From: a bacterium HR24
GTDB lineage: Bacteria; Chloroflexota; Dehalococcoidia; SM23-28-2; HRBIN24
Direction of reading: 5' to 3'
Length of the DNA stretch: 54,853 bases
Assembly: GCA_002898715.1 (NCBI GenBank)
Contig: BEIA01000002.1
Location: 1 to 54,853, forward strand
Shown: positions 44,991 through 52,780 of the stretch, piece by piece
Position numbering within the stretch: position 1 is the stretch's first letter
Layout: every line of letters starts with the position of its first letter
Position numbers and translations under genes: made by a program
Notes under the pieces: generated by a model
What the model was told of the DNA's origin: nothing
The model's database searches: none
The model's input: only the letters and a program-made list of their open reading frames with translations

Positions 44991-45494
44991 ATGTCCTGGC
45001 GAGCGTTCCTTGCCCACCTGCGGCTGCGAGAGGCCCGCGCCCACTGCGATATCCCTTGCGGCATCTATGACCCCCTGCCGGCCCAGATCGCGGCCATGAC
45101 CGTGCTGCGCATGCACCAGCTCATCGAGGGCCTGGAGAAGCCCGGCCCCAACGCCAGCAAGGAGGAGCTGGACCGCTACGAGAACTCCCTCTCGCGCTAC
45201 GTGGCGGTCAAGGAGCAGCACGCTGAGCTGTGCAAGCGGGAGCTGGATATCCTCTGGCACGACTATTTCAAGCCCGAGCACCTGGAGAAGTACCCCGACC
45301 TGCACAACCTCTTCTGGAACACCATCAAGCTGGCCTCCAAGACCAAGCAGGAGATCAACAAGCAGGCGGCGGAGGAGCTGGTGCAGTCGGTGCAGCGCAT
45401 CGCCGAGATCTTCTGGGAGACCAAGGGCGTGCAGACGCACCGCGTCCAGACCCACATGCCTGTGGGCGGCGAGTACGTCCTGCCGGCTGCCTAG
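44991..45494 (+). CDS. sodN: nickel superoxide dismutase precursor
   Basis: Start set at the ATG preceded by AAGGAGGGGG. A 17-aa leader MSWRAFLAHLRLREARA is followed by the Ni-hook HCDIPCGIYDP (His codon at 45042). Confidence 0.92.
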   Translation: MSWRAFLAHLRLREARAHCDIPCGIYDPLPAQIAAMTVLRMHQLIEGLEKPGPNASKEELDRYENSLSRYVAVKEQHAELCKRELDILWHDYFKPEHLEKYPDLHNLFWNTIKLASKTKQEINKQAAEELVQSVQRIAEIFWETKGVQTHRVQTHMPVGGEYVLPAA

Positions 45495-45525
45495 CGGCCC
45501 ATATGTGAAGGACTTCACGTCCCCC

Positions 45526-45554
45526 TTGATGGCAGGTGGGGGGGCAGGTACAAT
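45526..45554 (+). promoter_or_regulatory. candidate promoter TTGATG-17-TACAAT for the nuoI/nuoG-like pair
   Basis: The sequence reads cccTTGATGgcaggtgggggggcaggTACAATgacgggg, followed by AAGGAGGGGG and then the TTG start. Confidence 0.5.
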
Positions 45555-45576
45555 GACGGGGTAAGGAGGGGGAGAC

Positions 45577-46170
45577 TTGTTCGGTCTGGGCATCGCCAAG
45601 GGGCTGCTCCTCACCTTCCGGCACCTGTTCCGCCCTCCCTTCACCGTCCAGTACCCCGAGGAGAGGCGCTACATACCCGAGAATGCCCGCACCAACCTCC
45701 TCTGGTTCGAGGAGCGTTGCACGGGCTGCTCCACCTGCGCCCAGGCCTGCCCCGATGGCTGCATCCTGGTAGAGACGTCGCCCAACCCCGACGGCACGCT
45801 GAACGTGCTGCGCTACGAGATCGACTTCCGCCTGTGCATGTACTGCGCCCTGTGTGTGGAGGCGTGCCCCTATGAGGCCATCCAGGCCGGCGGCCCCTAC
45901 GACGACGCCGCCTACAACTTCGACGACCTGTACCGTGACAAGCACAAGCTCACCGAGATGGCCCAGGAGTACCTGCGCACCCACGACTGGACCTATCCTA
46001 ACGGCGACAAGGCCCCCCGTCCCGAGGAAAGGCCCCTGCACCTGGGCAAGCCGGCCCGGGGCCAGGGCGCCTTCGACCCCGAGGTGGGCCTGGGCGGCGG
46101 CCCCATACCCATGGCGGTGACGGTCAAAGGGGAGAGGAGGGCGCCGGCCGCCTCTCGCGCCAGCGACTGA
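45577..46170 (+). CDS. nuoI: NuoI-type 2x[4Fe-4S] ferredoxin subunit (NADH-quinone oxidoreductase subunit I-like)
   Basis: 197-aa ORF with a TTG start. It reads FTVQYPEERRYIPENAR...CTGCSTCAQACP...CMYCALCVEACP and has a roughly 60-aa C-terminal extension. Confidence 0.85.
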   Translation: MFGLGIAKGLLLTFRHLFRPPFTVQYPEERRYIPENARTNLLWFEERCTGCSTCAQACPDGCILVETSPNPDGTLNVLRYEIDFRLCMYCALCVEACPYEAIQAGGPYDDAAYNFDDLYRDKHKLTEMAQEYLRTHDWTYPNGDKAPRPEERPLHLGKPARGQGAFDPEVGLGGGPIPMAVTVKGERRAPAASRASD

Positions 46171-46177
46171 GCCCGAC

Positions 46178-48850
46178 ATGGCCAAGCTGACCATCAACGG
46201 CCGCGAGGTGGAGGCCCCCGACGGGGCCCCCCTGGTGGAAGTCATCAAGAACGCCGGCATCTTCATCTCCAACCTGTGCTACGTGGACGGGCTGCCGCCC
46301 TATGCCGGCTGCCGCACCTGCGTGGTGGAGATCGAGGGTATGCGGGGCGTGCAGCTAGCCTGCACCACCCGCGTCGCCGACGGCATGGTGGTGCGCACCG
46401 ATGGGGAGGAGGCCAAGCGCATGCGCCAGGCCGCCCTCTCCCTCATCATGTCCTACCACTCGGACCGCTGCCTCACCTGCCACCGTATCGTCAAGTGCAA
46501 GCCGGGCGACACCTGCCTGCGCGACGGCGTAGTTACCCACCGCTGCCTCACCTGCTCCAAGAATTACCGCTGCGAGCTCCAGACCACCTGCGAGATGCTG
46601 GAGATGGCGGGCTACGAGCCCTGGGAGGGAGAGGAGCGGACGTACTACACCACGCCCCAGCCGGAGCCCGACCGCGCCAACCCCTTCCTGGAGTTCGACC
46701 CGCAGATGTGCATCATCTGCACCCGCTGCGTGCGCGTGTGCGACGAGGTGCGGCACACGGGCGCCATTACCCTGGCGGGGCGCTTCAATCCCCGCATCGA
46801 GTTCGGGGCCGGGGGCCCGGTGCACGAGTCCAACTGCGACTTCTGCGGCTCCTGCATCGATGTATGTCCCACGGCCACCCTAATGGAGCACCCCAACAAG
46901 TGGGCGGCCATGCAGACGGAGCGGTGGGTGCCCACCGCCTGTACCTGGTGCTCGGTGGGCTGCTCGATATTCCTGGGTATCAAGGGCGGCCGTGGCGTCA
47001 TCGTCAAGCCCGATACCGCCGGCAACCCCTTCAGCCGCGACCAGCTCTGTGTCCGCGGCCGCTTCCATTACGATTTCGTTCGTCCTCACCAGCGCCTGCA
47101 GCGGCCGCTGCTGCTCCGCGACGGCGCCCGCCAGGAGGTCTCGTGGGAGGAGGCCCTGGAGTACGCTGCTTCCCGGCTGGCCGAGATACGGGAGGCGCAT
47201 GGCCCTCAGGCCATCGGGTTCCTGGGCTCCCCCCTCATGACCAACGAGGAGAACTATCTGCTGGCCAAGCTGGCGCGGGCAGTGGTGGGCAGCCCGAACC
47301 TGGACTCCACCGCCGGGCCGGTGGCCCGGGCTGCCCTGGAGGCCGTGCGCGAGGCCTTCGGCACGCCCGTGCTGCCTGCCGACCTGACGCGGGTCCCCAA
47401 GGCCCGCACCCTGCTGGTGGTGGCGGAAGACCTGGAGTCGTCCCACAACGTGGCCTCGGTGCGGGTCAAGGACGCCGTCATCCGCGAGGGGGCGCGGCTC
47501 ATCGTGGTGTCGCCGCGCTACGGCGAGCTGTGCGATTTCGCTACCGTGTGGCTGCAGCCCCGGCCAGGGCAGGAGGCGGCTGTGCTCGTTTCCCTCCTCC
47601 GCTCCCTGGCCCGCGACGGGGGGGCGGCGCCGGGCCTGCCGGAAGCGCTCCCCGACCCCGAGCCTGAGGGCGTGGAGGCGGGAGAGCTGGCGCGGGCCGC
47701 CGACATCCTGCGCGAGGCCGTCCGCGACCAGTCCTGGCGCCCGCTGGCCTTCGTCTACGCCCTTCCCTACCTGGCGCCGGAGCACGTGCGGGCCACCGCC
47801 GCCGCCCTGTGCGGCCTGGCGGTGCTCTGCCTGGGCGACGAGGCCCCCTCCTGCCTCTACGTCCTTCCCCAGGAGGCCAACGTCTGGGGGATGCTGGACG
47901 TGGGCGTGGCCCCGGACCTGCTTCCGGGCTACCGGGAGGCCGGCTCGCCCGCCGATCAGGGGGATATGGAGCGGCTGTGGGGCACGCCGGTGGCGGGTGG
48001 CCCTGGCAGCGACGTGTGGCACATGTTGCAGGACGCTGGCGGGCGGCTGCGAGCGCTGGTAGTCATGGGCGACAACCCCCTCTTCTTCCTGCCCGACCGC
48101 CAGCGAGTGGAGGAAGCGCTGGCCCGGCTGGAGTTCCTCTGCGTCATCGATAGCCTGGACACAGCCACCGCTCGCCTGGCCCACCTGGTCCTGCCCGATT
48201 CGGGTCCCTACAGCAAGGAGGGCACCACCACCAGCGCCGATCGTCGCGTGCTGCGGCTGCATGTGGCCGCCAGCCCGGCCGGAGAGTCGCGCCCGGCCTG
48301 GGCCATCTTGCGCGACCTGTCCCTGCGGCTGGCCCAGCGGCTGGGCCTGGGCGAGGTGCGGCTGAACTATGCTCGGGTGGCCGAGGTAATGGACGAGCTG
48401 GCGGAGGTGGTAACCCTGTACCGCCACGCCCGGTACCAGGAGCTAGACAACGGCTCGCAACAGTCCTGGGACGGCCTCTCGCCCCGGGCGGCGCGGGTGC
48501 CCACCCTGCGGCTGCCCGCCAACGGCCATGGCGACGGACACCTGCTCCTCACCAGCCGTGGTCTCTACACCAGCTACGAGGCAGCCGCCCTGGGGCTGGA
48601 GGACGCGGACCGACTCCATCGGGAAGAGTCGCTGGAGATGAACCCGGCCGATGCCGCTGCCCTGGGCATCGGCCCGGGTGACCTGGTGCGGGTAGCCAAC
48701 GACCGCGGCGAGCTGGTGCTGCCGGCCAAGCTTACCTACGGCGCGGCGCAGGGGACGGTCCACCTGCCCCTGCACTATCGTGGCGGGGCCGCCCTGTCGC
48801 TGTTCGGCCCGGGCGAGCCCGCGGCCAGCGTGCGCCTGTCTCGCGCCTGA
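46178..48850 (+). CDS. NuoG-like / formate-dehydrogenase-like Fe-S molybdopterin-oxidoreductase-family subunit
   Basis: 890-aa ORF with a 2Fe-2S ferredoxin-like N-terminus (CYVDG...CRTC...C). His/Cys cluster motifs are followed by CIICTRCVRVC and CDFCGSCIDVCP. A CTWCSVGC...C MopB-type cluster precedes the large molybdopterin-family domain. Confidence 0.8.
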   Translation: MAKLTINGREVEAPDGAPLVEVIKNAGIFISNLCYVDGLPPYAGCRTCVVEIEGMRGVQLACTTRVADGMVVRTDGEEAKRMRQAALSLIMSYHSDRCLTCHRIVKCKPGDTCLRDGVVTHRCLTCSKNYRCELQTTCEMLEMAGYEPWEGEERTYYTTPQPEPDRANPFLEFDPQMCIICTRCVRVCDEVRHTGAITLAGRFNPRIEFGAGGPVHESNCDFCGSCIDVCPTATLMEHPNKWAAMQTERWVPTACTWCSVGCSIFLGIKGGRGVIVKPDTAGNPFSRDQLCVRGRFHYDFVRPHQRLQRPLLLRDGARQEVSWEEALEYAASRLAEIREAHGPQAIGFLGSPLMTNEENYLLAKLARAVVGSPNLDSTAGPVARAALEAVREAFGTPVLPADLTRVPKARTLLVVAEDLESSHNVASVRVKDAVIREGARLIVVSPRYGELCDFATVWLQPRPGQEAAVLVSLLRSLARDGGAAPGLPEALPDPEPEGVEAGELARAADILREAVRDQSWRPLAFVYALPYLAPEHVRATAAALCGLAVLCLGDEAPSCLYVLPQEANVWGMLDVGVAPDLLPGYREAGSPADQGDMERLWGTPVAGGPGSDVWHMLQDAGGRLRALVVMGDNPLFFLPDRQRVEEALARLEFLCVIDSLDTATARLAHLVLPDSGPYSKEGTTTSADRRVLRLHVAASPAGESRPAWAILRDLSLRLAQRLGLGEVRLNYARVAEVMDELAEVVTLYRHARYQELDNGSQQSWDGLSPRAARVPTLRLPANGHGDGHLLLTSRGLYTSYEAAALGLEDADRLHREESLEMNPADAAALGIGPGDLVRVANDRGELVLPAKLTYGAAQGTVHLPLHYRGGAALSLFGPGEPAASVRLSRA

Positions 48851-48938
48851 CCAGCCCGTCGGGCGCGTCCCCGTTCGCCCGCGAGGGCCGCAGCCCTCCA
48901 GCACTGCCGACCGGCCCTTTCCAGCCTCTCGACCCGGC

Positions 48939-48955
48939 GGGGGCTTGTCGCCCCC
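48939..48955 (+). terminator. GC hairpin downstream of the nuoG-like gene (no U tract)
   Basis: The hairpin reads GGGGGC-ttgtc-GCCCCC. Its terminator function is uncertain. Confidence 0.3.
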
Positions 48956-49008
48956 ACCCGGCTGCGATCGTGTCGCCGTGTTCTGTCAGCATGAGCCGTG
49001 GTGCCTGC

Positions 49009-49037
49009 TTGACAGGCGGGGCTGCGGCGTGGATACT
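49009..49037 (+). promoter_or_regulatory. candidate promoter TTGACA-17-GATACT upstream of the protoglobin gene
   Basis: The sequence reads cTTGACAggcggggctgcggcgtgGATACTcgtcagtagtcctgacag. The SD GGAGG lies 8 nt before the ATG at 49080. Confidence 0.5.
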
Positions 49038-49079
49038 CGTCAGTAGTCCTGACAGAATGCCCAGGCAGGAGGTGACGGC

Positions 49080-49667
49080 ATGGCGCAGCAGCTCGACATC
49101 CCCGGCTACGACTACGGTCGTGTGCCGCCCTCGCCGCTGAGCATGGAGGATCTGGAAAGGCTCAAGGCGGCCCTCATGTTCGGCGAGGAGGACGAACGCT
49201 ATCTCCGCCAGGCGGGGGACGTGCTGGCCGACCAGGTGGAGGAGATACTCGACCTCTGGTACGGGTTCGTGGGCTCCCATCCCCACCTGCTCTACTACTT
49301 CGCCGGGCCCGACGGCCAGCCCGACCAGGGTTACCTCGAGGCAGTGCGCCGGCGCTTCGGCCAGTGGATCCTGGACACGTGCCGCCGCCCTTACGACCAG
49401 GAATGGCTCGCCTACCAGCACGAGATCGGCCTGCGACACCACCGCACCAAGAAGAACCGCACCGATGGCGTCCGCTCGCCCGACATCGTGCCCGCCCGCT
49501 ACCTCATCGCCTTCATCTATCCCATCACGGCCACCGTTCGCCCCTTCCTGGCCAGGAAGGGGCACAGCGCCGACGAGGTCGACAAGATGTGGCACGCCTG
49601 GTTCAAGTCGGTGGTGCTGCAGGTGGCCCTCTGGTGCTACCCTTACTTCAAGGAAGGTGACTACTGA
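49080..49667 (+). CDS. protoglobin (single-domain sensor-type globin)
   Basis: 195 aa. IPGYDYG...LEDLERLKAALMFGEEDERYLRQAGDVL...ILDLWYG...YLEAVRRRFGQWI...EIGLRHHRTKKNRTD...RYLIAFIYPITATVRPFLARKGH...LQVALWCYPY is collinear with archaeal protoglobin as I recall it, including the proximal-His region GLRHHRTKKN. Confidence 0.9.
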   Translation: MAQQLDIPGYDYGRVPPSPLSMEDLERLKAALMFGEEDERYLRQAGDVLADQVEEILDLWYGFVGSHPHLLYYFAGPDGQPDQGYLEAVRRRFGQWILDTCRRPYDQEWLAYQHEIGLRHHRTKKNRTDGVRSPDIVPARYLIAFIYPITATVRPFLARKGHSADEVDKMWHAWFKSVVLQVALWCYPYFKEGDY

Positions 49668-50286
49668 GCACGGCTCCCTCCTGCCTTATGGCGCCCACCA
49701 TGCCGACCTGGACGGCAAGGTGCTGGCGGCCCTGGAGCGGGTGGCCCAGAGCTTCCGTGCCCTGCAGTGGCAGGAGGCGAGGGGCCACGGCCTGACCCCT
49801 CTCCAGCTCCAGGTCCTGGTTCATCTGCTGGCCTCGCCCGGCGGCGCCTACGGCAGCCACCTGGCCCGCGCCCTCGGGGTCACCCGCGCCACCGTCGGCG
49901 AGGCAGTGGCGACGCTCATGCAGAAAGGCCTGGTGCGCGGGTTGAGGCACCCGCGCGACCGGCGCCGGATCGCCCTGGCCCTCACCCCCGCCGGCGAGGC
50001 CATCGCTGCCAAGGTATCGGCCTGGGGAGAGGCGGCCCGGGCAGCCCTGGAGGAGATGCCCCGGGAGGAGCGCGCCACCCTGCTCCTGTTCCTCATGCGC
50101 TTCATCTCCGCCCTGCAGCAGGCGGGCATCGTCACCGTTGCCCGGATGTGCGTCACCTGTCGCTTCTTCCGGCCCGACGTGGCCCCGGGCACCCCGCAGC
50201 CCCATTACTGCGCCCTCCTCGAGCAGCCCCTGGCTGTGGAATCGCTACGGGTGGACTGCCCGGAGCACCAGCCAGCCGTAGCTTAG
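49657..50286 (+). CDS. MarR-family winged-helix regulator with a C-terminal 4-Cys tail
   Basis: The wHTH reads LTPLQLQVLVHLLASPGGAYGSHLARALGVTRATVGEAVATLMQKGLVRGLRHPRDRRRIALALTPAG. The tail reads RMCVTCRFFRPDV...HYCALLEQPL...LRVDCPEH. The start is uncertain: the GTG at 49657 overlaps the protoglobin stop by 11 nt, and a later GTG near 49718 is possible. Confidence 0.7.
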   Translation: MTTEHGSLLPYGAHHADLDGKVLAALERVAQSFRALQWQEARGHGLTPLQLQVLVHLLASPGGAYGSHLARALGVTRATVGEAVATLMQKGLVRGLRHPRDRRRIALALTPAGEAIAAKVSAWGEAARAALEEMPREERATLLLFLMRFISALQQAGIVTVARMCVTCRFFRPDVAPGTPQPHYCALLEQPLAVESLRVDCPEHQPAVA

Positions 50287-50304
50287 TGATAAACTGAATA
50301 CGGG

Positions 50305-50541
50305 ATGCCCCGGCAGGAGCGGCAGAAGCTCGTCATGCTGGCCACGGCCCGCGACGAGGTGGAGCTGGCCATCTGGCTCGGCTTGCTGGAGCAGGAAGGG
50401 GTGCCGGTGGCCGTACACAAGCGCGACCCCCTGGGCGGGCTGGATGTGGCCCCCACGCCCATCTTCAGCTACGACATCTATGTCCAGGCCGAAGACGAAG
50501 GGCGGGCGCGGGAAGTGCTGGGGCTCCAGGGCCCCGACTAG
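50305..50541 (+). CDS. small DUF2007-like (putative signal-transducing) protein
   Basis: 78 aa with a ferredoxin-like beta-alpha-beta pattern LVMLATARDEVELAIWLGLLEQEGVPVAV...YDIYVQAEDEGRAREVL. A TAAACT -10 box ends 9 nt before the ATG. Confidence 0.5.
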   Translation: MPRQERQKLVMLATARDEVELAIWLGLLEQEGVPVAVHKRDPLGGLDVAPTPIFSYDIYVQAEDEGRAREVLGLQGPD

Positions 50542-50547
50542 GAGGCG

Positions 50548-51198
50548 ATGCCCTTGGAGCTGGCCCTCTTCCCCCTCAACGCCGTCCTCTTCCCGGGGGG
50601 CGTCCTGCCTATTCACGTCTTCGAGGAGCGCTACAAGCTGATGGTGGGCCGCTGCCTGGAGGAGAAGCTTCCCTTCGGCGTGGTCCTCATCCGGTCCGGT
50701 CGCGAGGTGGGCGGCCCCGCCGAGCCCTTCCCCGTGGGCACCACCGCCCGCATCGGGCAGGTGCAGCGCCTGGAAGGGGGGCGCCTCAACCTCCTGGCCC
50801 TGGGCGAGCAGCGCTTCCGCATCCAGGACGTGCTCCAGACATCCCCCTATCTGGTGGCCCAGGTAGAGCTGCTGCAGGACGAGGACGTGGAGGGCACCGA
50901 GGGCCTCGCGGACGAGGTGGGGGCCATGTTCCAGCGCTTCGTGCGGCTCACCCTCGGCCTCACTGGCCAGTGGGCTCGCACAGTAGGCCTGCCCTCCTCG
51001 CCTTCCGCCCTGGCCGATGCTGTGGCCCAGCGCCTGCCCATGGACCTCCGCCACAAGCAGGCGCTGCTGGAGACGCTGTCGGTGCGGGCACGCCTGGAGC
51101 AGGAGCGGACGTTCCTGTCCCGGGCCCTGCCGGAGATGGAGCGGCGCTTCGCCCGCCTCCAGTCCCAGCGCTGGGGCGCCTTCTGGGCCCTCAACTAG
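50548..51198 (+). CDS. stand-alone LON N-terminal (substrate-binding) domain protein
   Basis: 216 aa. LALFPLNAVLFPGGVLPIHVFEERYKLMV is the canonical start of the Lon-N domain. Confidence 0.8.
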   Translation: MPLELALFPLNAVLFPGGVLPIHVFEERYKLMVGRCLEEKLPFGVVLIRSGREVGGPAEPFPVGTTARIGQVQRLEGGRLNLLALGEQRFRIQDVLQTSPYLVAQVELLQDEDVEGTEGLADEVGAMFQRFVRLTLGLTGQWARTVGLPSSPSALADAVAQRLPMDLRHKQALLETLSVRARLEQERTFLSRALPEMERRFARLQSQRWGAFWALN

Positions 51199-51266
51199 GC
51201 CCGGCGGTTGGCCCTCGCCCCCTCTGCCTTTATCATGGGCTACGACGCGCGGGGGAGGTGAGCGCG

Positions 51267-52076
51267 GTGAGGGCTGTGAACCGGCCCGTGTCGTGGTGGG
51301 GGTGGCACTGGACGCCGCCCGTGCCCATGTCCATCGTGGAGATCATCCGCGCGGGGAGCATGTCCTCGCGTCTCGCCGCCCTCTTCTGGCTGGGTATGGA
51401 GAGGGGGGCATCCATCATAGTGGCCGCCGAGCCGCCCTCGGCGGGCAAGACCACCACCCTCACCGCCCTGCTGGCCTTCACCCCGCCCGAGACGGTAGCC
51501 TACTTCACCCAGGGCGTGGGGGAGACCTTCGACGTGCCGCCCCTGGCCGACTCGCACCCCACTTATATCCTCATCAACGAGCTGTCCGACCACCTGCCCG
51601 TGTACACGTGGGGCACCTACGCCCAGCGGGCCTTCGAGCTGCTGGCCCAGGGCTACTCACTGGCCTCTACCATGCATGCCGACCGGGTGGAGGAGGTGCT
51701 GGGCCAGCTCCAGGGCGACCTGGGCATCCCGCCGGCCCACGTCTCGCGCCTGACCTTCATCGTACCTCTGCGGGTGGGGTACCGCGGCCGGCCCATCCGC
51801 CGACTGCAGGAGGTGGCCTTTCTCCTGCCCGACGCCGCCAGTGACTACCGGGTCCACCGCCTGGCCCGATGGCAGGAGGACGAGGACACTTTCCCCCTGT
51901 TCGAGGACGGGGCGGCGCGCGACGCCTTCGCTCGCTGGGCAGGTCTTGACGGTGAAGAGATGGAGGCTGAGCTGGACCGGCGCCAGGGCTTCCTGGAGGA
52001 TCTCCTCGCCCGGGGTGTGGCATCCATCCCGGCCGTGGCCGAGGCCATCGAGGGCTACTATCGCCAGCGACGCTAG
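51267..52076 (+). CDS. orphan short ATPase related to the T2SS/T4P/T4SS (VirB11/FlaI/CpaF) secretion ATPase core
   Basis: Start set at the GTG, with GGGGAGG 7 nt upstream. SRLAALFWLGMERGASIIVAAEPPSAGKTTTLTALLAF carries the Walker A. YILINELSD is Walker-B-like. GYSLASTMHADRVEEVLGQL is His-box-like. Confidence 0.65.
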   Translation: MRAVNRPVSWWGWHWTPPVPMSIVEIIRAGSMSSRLAALFWLGMERGASIIVAAEPPSAGKTTTLTALLAFTPPETVAYFTQGVGETFDVPPLADSHPTYILINELSDHLPVYTWGTYAQRAFELLAQGYSLASTMHADRVEEVLGQLQGDLGIPPAHVSRLTFIVPLRVGYRGRPIRRLQEVAFLLPDAASDYRVHRLARWQEDEDTFPLFEDGAARDAFARWAGLDGEEMEAELDRRQGFLEDLLARGVASIPAVAEAIEGYYRQRR

Positions 52077-52768
52077 CGCGACGGTTGCGCGTCGGGGGCG
52101 GCGAGGAGCCGGGGCAGCGCCCGCTGCCAGTCGCCGAAATGGGGGAAGGTAAGGGCTGCCCCTGCCGCGCGCAGGTCGTCCTCGCTGTAGTACCCTGTAG
52201 CGACTCCCACCGGCACGTAGCCGCAGGCCAGGGCTGCCTCGATGTCCAGGGGCGTGTCGCCCACCACCAGCACCCGCGATGCCTCCCGCCCCTGCGCGGC
52301 GCGTCGGGCGGCGACGGCTACCAGCTCCGCCCTGTCCTCCGAATCGTCGCCGAAGGCCCCGTGCTGCAGATGCTCGTCGAGCCCGTAACGGCGCAGCTTG
52401 AGGCGGGCGCCCTCCCGGAAGTTGCCGGTGGCCAGACCTAGGGCTACGTCGGGCCGCTGGCGCAGGGCCGTCAGCAGTTCGGGGATGCCCGGCAGCACGT
52501 GGCCTTCCGTCTCCCACAGGGTGCGCTCCAGGTGCCAGAGGTAGCGTTCCTTGAAGCTGGCCAGCAGCTCTTCGAAATTGCCGTCGATGCCGTGCAGCGC
52601 CAGCGCCTCGCGGAAGATGGAGGGGTCGGTGCGGCCGGCATAGCGGATCCCGGAGAGGGCATCGGCCACGCCGAACAGCTCCTGGAAGGCGCGGTTCATG
52701 GCGATGACGCCCGCGCCCCCGGTGCGCAGGAGGGTCTGGTCGAGATCGAAGAGGACGACGGATAGCAA
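52073..52768 (-). CDS. HAD-superfamily hydrolase (phosphoglycolate-phosphatase-like)
   Basis: 231 aa with a TTG start. Motif I is VLFDLDQTLL. LATGNF and VVGDTPLDI follow. Confidence 0.8.
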   Translation of the reverse strand: MLSVVLFDLDQTLLRTGGAGVIAMNRAFQELFGVADALSGIRYAGRTDPSIFREALALHGIDGNFEELLASFKERYLWHLERTLWETEGHVLPGIPELLTALRQRPDVALGLATGNFREGARLKLRRYGLDEHLQHGAFGDDSEDRAELVAVAARRAAQGREASRVLVVGDTPLDIEAALACGYVPVGVATGYYSEDDLRAAGAALTFPHFGDWQRALPRLLAAPDAQPSR

Positions 52769-52780
52769 GGGTGGCAGGGC

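Noticed and set aside
49465-49656. The N-terminal 64 codons of the track ORF that contains the MarR gene.
   Set aside because: They overlap the conserved C-terminal third of the protoglobin gene in another frame and have a Pro/Ser/Arg-rich composition. The MarR-like sequence begins only after the protoglobin stop region.
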